Source of the DNA: Octopus bimaculoides
Lineage: Eukaryota
Length of the DNA: 64,000 bases
Assembly: GCF_001194135.2 (NCBI RefSeq)
Contig: NC_069000.1
Coordinates: 28,287,823-28,351,822 of the forward strand
Direction of reading: 5' to 3'
Shown here: one piece after another, positions 1 through 12,860 of the stretch
Position numbering within the stretch: position 1 is the stretch's first letter
Layout of the letters: every line of letters starts with the position of its first letter
The notes under the pieces: generated by a model
Database searches by the model: none
What the model saw: only the letters and a program-made list of their open reading frames with translations
Told to the model about the DNA's origin: nothing
Position numbers and translations under genes: made by a program

Positions 1-849
1 TGTTCAGACGAAAAAGTGTTATTTAAGGGATATTTGGCTGTTGTTTCTAGCATATCCCATGACCTGTAATGTTTAGGGTTGATAAAAATCATAGATTTTC
101 AAAAAAATTTTTTTAAATTTATGTTATTCATGAGGAGAAAATATTGAAAAACATCAATACTTGTCAGAGTGAGAAAGAAACAAGGAAGATGGTCATGGGA
201 TATGCTAGAAACAACAGCAAAACCTCTCTTTAATCATACATCTTTCTATTTGAAAATATTTACTTTTTTTTTTACCTTAACGGCTTCTATAATTTTCAAG
301 TGTATAGTGCTCCCAAAAAATCATTGTGTAGTGTCCACAAAGTCGACAAAAAAATCATTGTGTGTAGTGCCCACAAAGTCGACCAAAATCGGTCTGGAGA
401 GGTGAAGATGGCCAGGGGGTTAAAAAAAACATTTTATGTTAAAAAGATGCTCCAGATTATTTCCAAGGACACCGTCAAAAAATAAATCTGAAAAATCAAA
501 ATGGAAAATGGAAAAATTCCAGCTTGTTGGTGCTTCCTAACTGCGACATCCATCCCTTGCTTTATAATTGCATGTTCCATTAACATAATTTAAAAAATTT
601 CAAATGGGTACATTAACCCTGATTTAGCAGAGACACATCATCAACACGCAAGACCTCTATATGGTCGCTCAACACGCTAGAAATAGCAGCCAAGTCTCCC
701 TTAAACCACACCTTACTGGGAGACCTGGAATGAAGTGGTGAAGGTTGATCTCAGGACTATAGGCTTAAGGGATGAGATGACAAAGGACCAGGACCTCTCA
801 AAAGTCTCAACCTCCACAGCAAAATAACAGTGCAGAATATTTAGACACT

Positions 850-2713
850 GTTAATACACAAGAGTTCTCAATGGGTATTCTTAGAGACAAACATTCCTAC
901 ATCTGGCAACCAAACATGCAATTGTCCCACTACAGTAATTATGCCAGATGCAAATTTGGAAACTACAACCACAAAGACTCCTGACACTGCATAAAAGGTG
1001 TGTTCCTGGTGAATCATTCCTTCAAGCAATCAATTCAATGCAGCCAAATTATGATTCACTGCAGTTCTCATTGCTATTTCCATTTGGTGATAGGAGATAG
1101 AGAGTTAACTTTTAATGTTAGAGGTAAGAGTCATAAGATATCACAGATGGATTTTTACAAATATAGGCTCATTGTTCAGGAACATGATTTCAATTTCCTG
1201 AACAATTCAGGTTGTTTAGCTCAGGAACATTTCTGTGATATGTATTCCAAGGTTGAAGAAGTAATGTTACAGTAGATTTAATATGATAATAAAAAAAATA
1301 AAATAAAAATTAGGGCAGAAATGTATCAAAATATTCATGGTTACATGTATTCCCATAGCTCAAATATTGGCAAAAGAATAATCATACTTCCAACATTCAT
1401 AGGAGGTCCACGATGGATGCAATGGCAATTGTTCAAAAGTTAGGAAAACCAAATTTCTTCATTACTTTCACCTGTAACCCCCAGAGGAGAGAAAAAGAGA
1501 CAGACAGACACCAGCTGATAGACCAGACTTAACTGACAAAATATTTAATATGTAACTTAGGGATCTCTTATATGGTATTTTGAAGAACATTTTGGGAGAG
1601 ATTGCAGGGTACAAATAGTCTATGGAGTTTCAAAAACATGGCCTTCCCCATTGTCACATGTTCATATTGGATCCAGAACATTATGAAAACTTTGTTTATG
1701 CAGAACTTCCAAATCCACAAACACATCCAATTCTATTTTAACATGTTGCCAAAGCATGCGACATGGTCCACGTGGGAGAAATAAACCCAATACATTTTCC
1801 TAAAGACTTTCAGGAAAATGCAAAACACAGTTATAACAGCTATCTATTTTTCTGATGTTGAAATAATGGTTCTACATTTACAAATTCAGATGTTATGTTA
1901 GATAATTGTTCAGTAGTACCATATTCCCCTTCTTTTTAGTCAAATATAGAGGTCATTATAAATGTAGAGATATGTGTAGCTGTAAAATCAGTTAAATATA
2001 TTAGCAAATATATTCATAAAGGTTGTGATTGGGTGACAGCCAATATTGGTGGACAAACTAATGCACAACAAACAGAAACATACAAAGATAAAATTGAAAA
2101 TTATATTAATGGCCATTATGTATCCTCATCAGAAGCAGATTCATATCCTCCAGTCCAACAGCATCCACCTCATTTACCGCAACAGCAATACATTTGCTTT
2201 AATGATGATGACAATATACAATATGTTATCCATACTTACGACAAGTCCACCCTCGCTGAATGGATGTGAGTTAACCAGAAATCACCAGCTAAGTCATTTG
2301 AACTTTTCCCTGAATTTCACACATGGAAAAATACTTAGAAAATGTGGTATTTCAAAAAATAATACACATGCAATTGGGTATATCTACTTTGTTTCACCAA
2401 AGGAACAGGAGTAATTCTGAGAGCTTTATTGCATCATATTACTGGAGCTATATCATTTGAAAATAAAGGAGCTATTTATTAATGGTATAGTTTTCCATAT
2501 TTAGAGGCTGCAATGAAACTGGGTTCAGCACATGCTGACTGTGAATACTATGTAACTATGGAATTTGCAAATGTTTCAGCAACTTCATATCAGCTGCAAA
2601 GACTTTTCTGCTCTGACAAATTATTTACAGCATTTGAAAGGCAACTTTCAGAAAATAAAACGACTACTTTAGAAGCAGAAAATATCAAAGATAGCATACA
2701 ACAACATACATAG
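850..2713 (+). mobile_element. Degenerate Helitron Rep (HUH replication initiator) coding remnant
   Basis: Frameshifted pieces match Helitron Rep motifs in order: YDSLQFSLLFPFGD; SQMDFYKYRLIVQEHDFNFL...DMYSKVE; GKRII.LPTFIGGPRWMQ; KPNFFITFTCNP; DRPDL; EFQKHGLPHCHMFI (HUH motif); DNCSVVPYSP...INVEIC..VKSVKYISKYIHKGCD; YVSSSEA. Truncated by an RTE insertion near 2714. Confidence 0.9.
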
Positions 2714-4820
2714 CCTAGTCACCCGTATTGTTAACCAGGTGATACACGAAGGAGTCATACCCAATGACTGGTGTAGCAGCACCATAGTCAACTGCTACAA
2801 AGGTAAAGGTGACGCTTTAGATACAAATAATTATAGAAGTATCAAGTTGTTAGATCAGGTAATGAAAGTCACAGAGAGGGTCATAGCCTAACTAATTAGG
2901 GAGCGAGTCAGTTTAGATGAGATGCAGTTTGGGTTTGTGCCAGGTTGCACCACTGATGCTATATTTCTGGTAAGACAGCTGCAGGAGAAATACCTAGCCA
3001 AACCTCTGTACCTGGCTTTCGTTGACATGGAGAAAGCCTNNNNNNNNNNNNNNNNNNNNNNNNNNNNNNNNNNNNNNNNNNNNNNNNNNNNNNNNNNNNN
3101 NNNNNNNNNNNNNNNNNNNNNNNNNNNNNNNNNNNNNNNNNNNNNNNNNNNNNNNNNNNNNNNNNNNNNNNNNNNNNNNNNNNNNNNNNNNNNNNNNNNN
3201 NNNNNNNNNNNNNNNNNNNNNNNNNNNNNNNNNNNNNNNNACAAACCTCTTCAGGTAGATGGCCCTGCTTGATCTGTAGAAAAGGGGTAGGTAGAAACTC
3301 TATAAGATGTACCCAGTGCAAGCTATGGACACATAAGAGTTGCAGCAATATCAAAGGAAGGTTAACTAAGAAGTTAGTTTTTGTATGTGGCAGATGTTCA
3401 GGAGCAATAAACACTGAAAATGTGCAGAAAACAACTCTGGCCACTTTCCAGGGAGAAAAACTAGACTTAGTCGATAGCTTCCGCTATCTGGGTGACCAAG
3501 TTAGTAGTGGGGGAGGGTGCGCTGAAAGTGTAGCTGCTAGAATAAGAATAGCCTGGGGAAAGTTCAGAGAGTTCTTACCTCTGCTGGTGACAAGGGGCCT
3601 CTCACTGAGAGTAAAAAGCAGACTGTATGACGCATGTGTACAAACAGCCATGCTTCATGGCAGTGAAACATGGGCCGTGACTGCTGGGGACATGTGTAGG
3701 CTCGCAAGGAATGAAGGCAATATGCTCCGATGGATTTGTAATGTCAGTGTGCATACTAGACAGAGTGTAAGTATCTTGAGAGAAAAGCTGAACATTAGAA
3801 GCATCAGTTGTGGTGTGCAAGAAAGACGATTGCGCTGGTATGGTCATGTGGCGAGAATGGATGAGGATAGCTGTGTGAAAAAGTGTCACACCAGGGCAGT
3901 TGAGGGAACCTGTGGAAGAGGTAGGCCCAGGAAAACCTGGGATGAGGTGGTGAGGCACNNNNNNNNNNNNNNNNNNNNNNNNNNNNNNNNNNNNNNNNNN
4001 NNNNNNNNNNNNNNNNNNNNNNNNNNNNNNNNNNNNNNNNNNNNNNNNNNNNNNNNNNNNNNNNNNNNNNNNNNNNNNNNNNNNNNNNNNNNNNNNNNNN
4101 NNNNNNNNNNNNNNNNNNNNNNNNNNNNNNNNNNNNNNNNNNNNNNNNNNNNNNNNNNNNNNNNNNNNNNNNNNNNNNNNNNNNNNNNNNNNNNNNNNNN
4201 NNNNNNNNNNNNNNNNNNNNNNNNNNNNNNNNNNNNNNNNNNNNNNNNNNNNNNNNNNNNNNNNNNNNNNNNNNNNNNNNNNNNNNNNNNNNNNNNNNNN
4301 NNNNNNNNNNNNNNNNNNNNNNNNNNNNNNNNNNNNNNNNNNNNNNNNNNNNNNNNNNNNNNNNNNNNNNNNNNNNNNNNNNNNNNNNNNNNNNNNNNNN
4401 NNNNNNNNNNNNNNNNNNNNNNNNNNNNNNNNNNNNNNNNNNNNNNNNNNNNNNNNNNNNNNNNNNNNNNNNNNNNNNNNNNNNNNGGCACTTGTGCCAG
4501 TGGCATGTGTAAAGACATTTGAGCGAGATCGTTGCCAGTGCCGCTGGACTGGCTCCTGTGCAGGTGGCACATAAAATACACCTTTTTGAGCGTGGCCGTT
4601 GCCAGTACCGCCTGACTGGCCTTCATGCAGGTGGCACGTAAAAGCACCCACTACACTCTCAAAGTGGTTGGCGTTAGGAAGGGTATCCAGCTGTAGAAAC
4701 TCTGCCAGATCGGATTGGAGCCTGGTGCAGCCATCTGGTTCACCAGTCCTCAGTCAAATCGTCCAACCCATGCTAGCATGGAAAGCTGACATTAAACGAT
4801 GACGGTGATGATGATGATGA
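2714..4820 (+). mobile_element. 5'-truncated RTE-clade LINE (RT with PHD-like insert, 3' tail ending in GAT repeats)
   Basis: QFGFVPGCTTDAIFLVRQLQEKY..LYLAFVDMEKA; FRYLGD..ARIRIAWGKFRE..LYDACVQTAMLHGSETW..RRLRWYGHVARM..GRGRPRKTWDEVV. The tail ...catgctagcatggaaagctgacattaaacgatgacggtgatgatg lies at 4490-4820. Two N gaps inside. Confidence 0.9.
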
Positions 4821-5339
4821 TATCAATTTTAACAGTTTCTTTCAAAATTAGTATTCATTTACATTCATCAATATTTTCAGATAGTGAATAAATATTTATC
4901 CTGTCACACAAAGAATAAACAATGCAAATCCATCACAACCATTATGAAGATGCCATAATTTGTAGGATTTTCCAATGAAACAAATGTACTTGTCAGGAAT
5001 AACCTTGGGATTATACAATAATCTAAGAAAACCTAAGTATAACATGTAATAGTTGCAGTAACAATATACATGAAGGATATATTCAGTAATAATTCCAGTA
5101 TACTTTAATAATGCACATTATCTCTTTCAATAGCATCCAAATCTTCCTTAAACCACACCTGAAAAGTGAAACAATTATCTTCAGATGCTCTGCATACACC
5201 ACCCTTCATTGAACACTGTTCTCACCTGCCTGCCATGTATATAATTATGCATTTTCACTATAGGAATATATGAAACAATGATATAAAATCAATGTAAAAT
5301 ATGCTATCTTAAAGATAGCATGTTCACACTAGTATTTTA

Positions 5340-5545
5340 CTCTTTCACATGTTTCAGTCATTTGACTGCAGCCATGCTGGAGCACCACCTTTAGTCAAAG
5401 AAATCAAACCCAGTACTTATTCTATCTTTGTAAGCCCAGTACTTATTCTATCGGTCTCTTTTGCTGAGCCACTAAGTTCCAGGGACATAAACACACCAAC
5501 ATCAGTTGTCAAGCGGTGGTGGTAGTGGAACAAACAGAGACACGC
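5340..5545 (-). mobile_element. SINE 3' half (abundant octopus-type family)
   Basis: gtttcagtcatttgactgcagccatgctggagcaccacctttagtc...agtacttattctatcggtctcttttg. The same terminus recurs at 42691-42741. Confidence 0.65.
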
Positions 5546-5942
5546 ACACATAAATATATATACACATATAATCCAAGAGAGTTAGGGGTTGAGGATTCAA
5601 CCCACTAAGGGGAGGGTATCCAATTATTGTTACACTAGTGTTATACCAAATGCAGTAAGTGGGTACGGGTAAAAGGGGGTTATTTTACTCTAAATTTATA
5701 TAGCAATATACATGTGCAACCATCTGTGTATGTGCATCTGAGCACACATATATGTACTCATGTAGTTATGTTTATGTATCCATGAATATCTGCATATAGT
5801 AATGTATACATGCATAGGCATGTATATTGGAGTTTTTATAACTATTTATATGGTTTTATATACTTTTTGTAGGTTTTTTTATGTGCCTTATATTTTTATA
5901 TTTTTATTTTATTCTTATTTTATATTTGTATTGAATTTTGTT

Positions 5943-6076
5943 AATCTCTGAAGAGGCCTAGCGAATCATGCATGTACCCCCATTACATCATTTTCATCTA
6001 CTAATTACTCCAGCGTACGGGAGCTATATAGATAGAATGGGGCATGCCAACACTAGGCCGAAACAGCTGCAAGATT
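5943..6076 (+). ncRNA. Type I hammerhead ribozyme-like motif, probably inactivated (U16.1 to C), with a ~90-nt stem II loop
   Basis: aatct CTGAAGA ggcctag [91 nt] ctaggcc GAAA c agct g c a agatt. Stem I is aatct/agatt and stem II is 7 bp; the cleavage triplet reads GCA instead of GUA. Confidence 0.65.
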
Positions 6077-6304
6077 TTGTCCCTTCTCCAATTGCTAAAT
6101 GTCCTTTAAATTTGAAATCTTAATTGTTGATATGACATTGTATGTCATAAGTGTCTATATATTGTGTTTTTTGTCAATTTAGTTAGAAAATAAACAGATT
6201 AATCAACGGAATACAGTGTCTGCAAGTTGATGAGTACCTCATATTCCCCTCCATTTTCTTATTGCTATATACACACATATATATATATATATATATACAT
6301 ATAC

Positions 6305-6455
6305 ATGACTGGCTTCTCTCTGCTTTTGTCTACCAGATCCACTCACAAGGCTTTAGTTGGCCCAAGGCTATAGTAGAAGACATTTGCCCAAGATACCACG
6401 CAGTAGTACTGAACCGGGAACCATGTGGTTATGAAGCAAGCTTCTATATTTCATA
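6305..6455 (-). mobile_element. tRNA-derived SINE 5' half
   Basis: The minus strand reads ...ccacatggttcccggttcagtactactgcgtggtatcttgggcaaatgtcttctactatagccttggg..., with a B-box-like GGTTC; a related copy is at 24360-24660. Confidence 0.5.
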
Positions 6456-6585
6456 AAAATTGGATTATATTTACAATGTTCGATTGAAGCATTGCTCATT
6501 ACAGATGCAATTTGTAATGGCTTTCCTGAAGGATAGGCATCCGACCACCAGGGTAGACTCCTTGCTTTCACACAGCCACGCTTGT

Positions 6586-7050
6586 GCATTGTTATATTTC
6601 GGGATTTTTGTTTTTTTGCCAAATAAACACATGCACTATATATTTGTTCTATACTTGAGATTTATCATTGTTTTTATTTTATTTAGATTATTCTATAATC
6701 CCCAGGTTATTTCTGATATTACCAAATAAACACGTGCACTATATATTCGTTCTTCACTTCAGATTTATTATTGTTCTTATTTTATTCCCTTTGTCTGGAA
6801 ATCTTTCGTCACACGTCCTGAGACCTCTTCAGCAACTCTCCAGTCCACGTATCACCTGTTCTCTTTAATCCAGTCTGTCTTTCTGTTGTGTGTATCCTTG
6901 TCTGTAGGGATGGAGAGTTGTTGAAGAAGTCACAGGATGTGTGACGAAAGATTTCCAGACAAAGGGCATAAAATAAGAACAAAAATAAATTTGAACTGAA
7001 GAACGAATATATTAGGCAAAAAAAAAACAAAAAAAATTCTGAAATATAGC
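6586..7050. repeat. Foldback (long inverted repeat) element with an HHR-variant motif in each arm
   Basis: 6745-6842 is the reverse complement of 6911-7012 (ccctttgtctggaaatctttcgtcacac / gtgtgacgaaagatttccagacaaaggg). The left arm also carries an internal ~65-bp direct duplication (6619-6683 vs 6722-6786). Confidence 0.75.
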
Positions 7051-7274
7051 GTGTTCAAAAAGTCTCTCTGCATTCACACGGTCCATACCTCATCAAATTC
7101 TCCAAGATGTATTTCAAAACATGTGTAGAAGAGTCAACTTATGTACTGAAAACGAAGGACGACACTTTTAATACCTCTTATAAAGTTTTTTAAAGTCTTC
7201 TAGTCTTATACCATCTTATTAATATGTATTTTTCAATAAAATACTTACTGCGGAGAGACTTTTTGAACACCCTG
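7047..7274. mobile_element. Tc1/mariner-type MITE
   Basis: TIRs gcgtgttcaaaaagtctctctgca / tgcggagagactttttgaacaccctg, followed by TA; consensus CAGGGTGTTCAAAAAG start. Confidence 0.8.
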
Positions 7275-8107
7275 TATAATATTATCTGTTTCAACACACG
7301 ATTTCACATCAGGAATCTTGCAAAATAAATACTAAAACGTAACAAAGTGAGCCTCAGCCAGGCAAGCAAGACGTTGAAAAACACTATATTTTGTTGTCTA
7401 AAAAAGATCATTGCAACACAACTTCACTTCGTAAAACTGTGTCTCATATATACACAAAATGTGTGTTACTTTCTGTTGCCACTTTAATCTTCCTGATTCT
7501 TCATGATTAGCAAAGAATCACCTAACTTGGATTTGCAAGAGAGTAAACTCAGTGTATACTTAATAAAAAAGTCTACTTCAATGCAGACTACTTTTCACTC
7601 TATTTGTAAATTCAACGATGTGTATTTGTATGTATATGTTCGTGTGCCTTCACCCTGTATATATATATATATATATATATNNNNNNNNNNNNNNNNNNNN
7701 NNNNNNNNNNNNNNNNNNNNNNNNNNNNNNNNNNNNNNNNNNNNNNNNNNNNNNNNNNNNNNNNNNNNNNNNNNNNNNNNNNNNNNNNNNNNNNNNNNNN
7801 NNNNNNNNNNNNNNNNNNNNNNNNNNNNNNNNNNNNNNNNNNNNNNNNNNNNNNNNNNNNNNNNNNNNNNNNNNNNNNNNNNNNNNNNNNNNNNNNNNNN
7901 NNNNNNNNNNNNNNNNNNNNNNNNNNNNNNNNNNNNNNNNNNNNNNNNNNNNNNNNNNNNNNNNNNNNNNNNNNNNNNNNNNNNNNNNNNNNNNNNNNNN
8001 NNNNNNNNNNNNNNNNNNNNNNNNNNNNNNNNNNNNNNNNNNNNNNNNNNNNNNNNNNNNNNNNNNNNNNNNNNNNNNNNNNNNNNNNNNNNNNNNNNNN
8101 NNNNNNN

Positions 8108-8160
<53 letters not shown>

Positions 8161-9973
8161 ATGTATATATATATGTGTGTGTGTGTGTATGTATATATAT
8201 ATGTGTGTGTGTATGTATATATATGTATGCATATATGTATGTTTGTATATATATATATATGAATGTATGTATATAGTTGAGGTAGGGAATACGCGTGTTG
8301 GTTGATTTGGTAACATTTCAATGTAGTTAGTTTCACTTCAGGCATTTACGTGTTCTCAGTAACATCGTTTATTTAAATTAGTTCTACTTTTACTTATTAT
8401 GTTTTGATTGTATTTTTTAAAACATTCATTAACTAAATAATTTATTCCCAATACAACATTATATCTGTATTTCAGCAACATTCCTGAGTATTTCATTAAG
8501 GAATTTGTCAATAATGTTTCGACCTATGAGTCATGCAACTCTCTTTTGCAGAGCAACAAAGTCGCCACTGTTCAAAGAGCACCGAGTTATTTAACGAACA
8601 GCGTGACAAACGTATCGATCCTTCCGTAAAAATCTCTTTCAGGCCAACTATTACTAAAAAATAAAAAACAAAATCCACTTCAAAATATGGAAGTACAGAA
8701 GTGCCTGCTTTTTCAGGATTCTTTAGTCTGTAGAACAATCATTTCCAAAATATCATCTCCCTCACTGTACCCTCTCCACCCGCCATGAAAATAGTACTGA
8801 TATTCAGTTCTAATTGGGGTTGAAAAACCCAGGAGAGAATGAAAAGAGAAATTTGTTGTATAAATAACAAAGAAAAGGAATTGATATTGATTGTTTTAAC
8901 CAATGCAAAATTTATTTTTGGAGAAATGGTATGTTATGTTCAAGAGTATTTAATAATGGAAGCCAAGTAAAATTGTTTAAGGTAGTAATCACATCAGGAT
9001 TGCAAGCTTTGATTAATAGAAACTTAACTTTTAAGAATATTACTTAACTACCAACCCACCTACCTACCCATACATACATGTGTGCAAGTAGGTACATTTT
9101 GTTGTTTGTATGTATGTACATGTGTATGTAAGTACATGTTTGTGTGTGTGTGCTTTACAAGAACAATTTACAAAAGTAAACAAAGAAAATGAAAGGAAAA
9201 TGGAAATATATGCACATTTCCTGGATTATATACATCACTTCAAGGTAAAACTGGTATAACCCTCTAAACATTTTTGAAACTGCCCCAAGCATTGGGTGAT
9301 TGTGAGATTGAGGTGCAGGACAATCGTTTTAATTCTTCTCCCCCTGCCTTTTCTACAATGTCTACATTAATGTTTTTTCCTTGGAGCTGGCTGGTTGAGT
9401 GCCCCCACTCAGCATTCCCAACCCACTCACCTCTCCTCTTAATATTACCCATATTGTGAACCCCCACTTTTCTCTCAAGCCCTGCATTAACCGGCCAGTC
9501 CTTTTTTTTTCTTTGTATTTTTGAAGAACATTGGTTCTTTAGAATTCCTCTCTGCCCATAGTTTTCTTTGTTCAAGTGAAACATTAACACATAAAGTTCT
9601 GTGGTCTCAGAGAAACTGCAATAGAAACAAACATAGAGTATTTCCTTCTTGAGATCGAAATAAATCAACATTTAATAAAACAATTAGGTTTGTCATACTA
9701 TTTCTCAGTCTAATTCTACTAGAAGAGCCATTACCTTTTGACCAAGCAAAGATCAATAAACTAAATAACAGACATATATTGATTCAATACAATTCCATTT
9801 TATGCTTTCTATTCTATCTATGCTGATATAGATAATCATAAATCAGTGACTATTTCCTTAGTCTGTCTGACGGAAGTCAATCCTATCGTTACTCAGGAGA
9901 AGCTTATGAATACTCTAATCAAAAATATGTTTTGTAGAATTTTAAAATTCAAATCACATTGGTCATCTTGACT

Positions 9974-10004
<31 letters not shown>

Positions 10005-10944
10005 AACTTATAATATGTCATTCTGAAAATTAAAAAGCTTTAATGGAAACTCAGCTTAAGTGAAATCCTTGCCAGATAACTGAAAGGTGACATTTGAGCC
10101 CCCAAAATGCCAAGCAATGGTTTTATCAAGCAAGAGAATTAATATAAAGGAGGGTATCTTCATGCCAGAGACCTGACTCATACTTAAAACAGAATGAACT
10201 CAGCTAAAGACACTCACCCAAGAATCATAACTCCTCAACAGAAGAACGAGGTTGAGGATTTATGATGTTCATTTCTTTTTTTCCTAGTCTATACCACATC
10301 ACTCACAGATATCAACTCCAATTTGAGAGCAAATTTCCTTCCATGCTGTGCGAGATGACATTGCATGTGCCAACTCTGAGACAGTTCTGTGTCCCCCATA
10401 AGTTCAAAGACCCACGTCATGTGGGCCAGACTACCGGCTTGAATATCCCCATGGGGTTAGAGAAATGAGACATTAGTTGTGTAAATAAAAAAGAAAAATA
10501 ATGAAGGAATAGATGTGGAAATCAAACAAGAGATGTAAACTCAGTTTTCAAGGAGCTTGCTCTTTGTTACTATTTGTCTCTGCTTGTCTGTGTGACTATC
10601 TCTATTTCTCTTCCCCTCTCTCTCTACCCCCCCTCTCTCTCTCTTTAACCCTCATTTAATCTNNNNNNNNNNNNNNNNNNNNNNNNNNNNNNNNNNNCCC
10701 CCTCTCTCTCTACTCCCCTCTCTCTCTACCCCCCCTCTCTCTCTCTTTAACCCTCATTTAATCTTGTCTGAAGAGATGTATGTGGATCATATGTAATATG
10801 TTGGAACTGTACAAACAATTTATATTTTTACTTATATTTATTTTCATGAAAAGAAATATATCTGCCATGTACTGTTAAAACAGATGTAAGTAAAGAATAA
10901 ATGTCACACCAATAAATGTCAGTCCATTCTTGGACTTAATACAT

Positions 10945-12860
10945 CATCATCAACATCGTCCTCAGTTAATGTTCATGTTTCATGTTGGCATGGGTTGGGA
11001 AGTTTGACAAAGATCTGACGTGTCCAAGGACTGCATCATGCTCCACTGTCTGCTTTGGCATGGTTACTATGACTGGATGTCCTTTCAAATGCCAACCACT
11101 TAACAGCATGGACTGAGTGTTTTTTTTCTTTGTCACCTGTACCTTTAAGGTCACCATGCAGCTCACATGACTATGAACCCTGGAGGAAGTAGGGGGATCA
11201 GCTTCATGATAAGGGATGAGGGGATTACAATGAGAAAGGGGAAAAGCAGGTCAGGTTCTCACAGAGGGATCTGCATGACTACTCACATCTAATAGGAGAA
11301 AAGTGGTGGGAGAGAACAAGAGATAGGTAATGTCAATGAGGTGCCTAATTGGCCCTGCAAGGCACAAGGTGACCAGAAGTGGATGGTTGAGTGAGTAGGG
11401 GTTGCAAGATTGTATGGAAAGAAGAATAAGGGGATGGGGAGGCAGACTGCCAGAATGAGTAGGGCTGATGACAGGCGAAACAAAGAACCATGAGTTGAGG
11501 AAGATAGGGGGATGCAGGACAGCGAGTGGGATGGGGATGAAGAGTAGGAGTAGTAAAGAGGAGGAGGGCAAGAGAAAGATGACATAGTTGGAGAGTTGAC
11601 ATGGTTGGATTGCCTGCAGGAGCCAGGGTGGGATAGGGGAGAGACAGGCATAATAAATTAGAGTTGGGCTGAGATGGATAGAGAACACAAAACATAGCAC
11701 TTCCAGAACTCAGTTTCATTAAGGAGGGCAGGTTTTTTCAAGAACCTCATATTGCCAGAGATCCTGGTCCTTTGTCATCTCCTCTGTCAGTGTTAGGGTC
11801 CTGAAGTCAGCCTTTGCCACTTCATTTCATGTCTTCCTGCATCTTCCTCTTCTGCAAGTTCCTACACATTAAGTGATTAGCACTTCTTTATGTAGCTATT
11901 CTCATCTCATCTTTATGTAGCTATCCACATCACATGTCCATAAAGCATTGTCTTCTTTTTTGCACACAACTTCTGGTTCCTCTTATGCCCAGTGTTTCAC
12001 TTAGCACCTCTCTACTAATTTTTTCATGCACACTCATGTACATCCAATGGAATATGTTTGCTTCATTTTTTTTCCAATCTTCTCAAGTCCTCCTCATTCA
12101 AAGCCCATGCTTCATTGCAGTTCTAACACAAGCATCAGACAATCTGCCCTTTGCTCTTTGGAAAAAGATCATTGTTGCCAGCTGTGATAGTAACTCCCTG
12201 AACTTTTTCCAGTCAACTCTTACTTTAGCTACTATATTTTCAGAACAACCACCACCCTTGCTAATTATGTCTCCTAAGTAACAAAAACTGTCAACTACCT
12301 CTAGTATGCTATATGGACTTTTAAGATGCAATTTCCAGTATGCTTATATGTATTGCTGCAGTGTATCTATTGCATATGAACCTTCAATTTTCAAATAACC
12401 TGCTAATGATTCCATTACATCACTAGATAATTCATAGCTTATATCAAGTAGTGTATATGGAGTTTATTTCAACCTCTTTTCTATGTACTGAGTAAGGCCA
12501 TTTCCTTGAAGGTATCAGGTCCTGCCTTCTCTCCAACCTTCACCTTTGCTAGGTTTACCATAGGGCCTTTCAATTCCAGGTTTAGCTTCCATGCTTGGAA
12601 TTTCTTCCCTAATTACCTTATAGATTTTAGGCATGAGAACTAGATCATCAGTATATAGGGATTCCATGGAGAGCCTGTCTTAATCTTCTCTGTTATAGCT
12701 TGAAGAATTATGATGAAAAAGAAAGGACTAAGGACTGAACATTGACAGACTCCTATCTTTATGCCAAATTCATCACTGAAATCATTGCCAACTCTCACTC
12801 TACTTACTTGCATACAGCTTGAACTGTTTGCACAATCCATTTGTAATGATTTGAGCACCA
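10945..12860 (-). mobile_element. Degenerate RTE LINE 3' portion (RT C-terminus, CT-rich 3' UTR, GAT tail)
   Basis: VRVGNDFSDEFGIKIGVCQCSVLSPFFFIIILQAITE; LEVVDSFCYLGDIISKGGGCSENIVAKVRVDWKKFRELL. The tail at 10945-11170 is homologous to 4650-4820. Confidence 0.85.

Noticed and set aside
310-390. Two ~37-bp direct repeats (aaaatcattgtgtagtg.ccacaaagtcgac) that could look CRISPR-like
   Set aside because: Only two adjacent units, no unique spacers, no cas genes, eukaryotic context; an ordinary tandem duplication.
7503-8345. Long ORF-track entries of YI/CV/HT repeats and X runs (also near 13408, 34108, 41908, 45034, 47080, 50241, 57943)
   Set aside because: Translations of TA/CA microsatellites and N gaps, not genes.
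8478-8634. ~50-codon open frame after tatttcag (NIPEYFIKEFVNNVSTYESCNSLLQSNK...) and a GAAAC hairpin on the minus strand
   Set aside because: No recognisable homology or partner exon, and no CUGANGA core for a hammerhead; cannot be supported without RNA data.
10620-10762. Direct repeat of ctctctacccccc...ttaaccctcatttaatct on both sides of an N gap
   Set aside because: Typical unmerged contig overlap at a gap; likely an assembly artefact.
11465-11490. CTGATGA caggc GAAAC hammerhead-like core
   Set aside because: Stem II cannot pair and there is no stem III/NUH; chance match in a purine-rich RTE 3' UTR.
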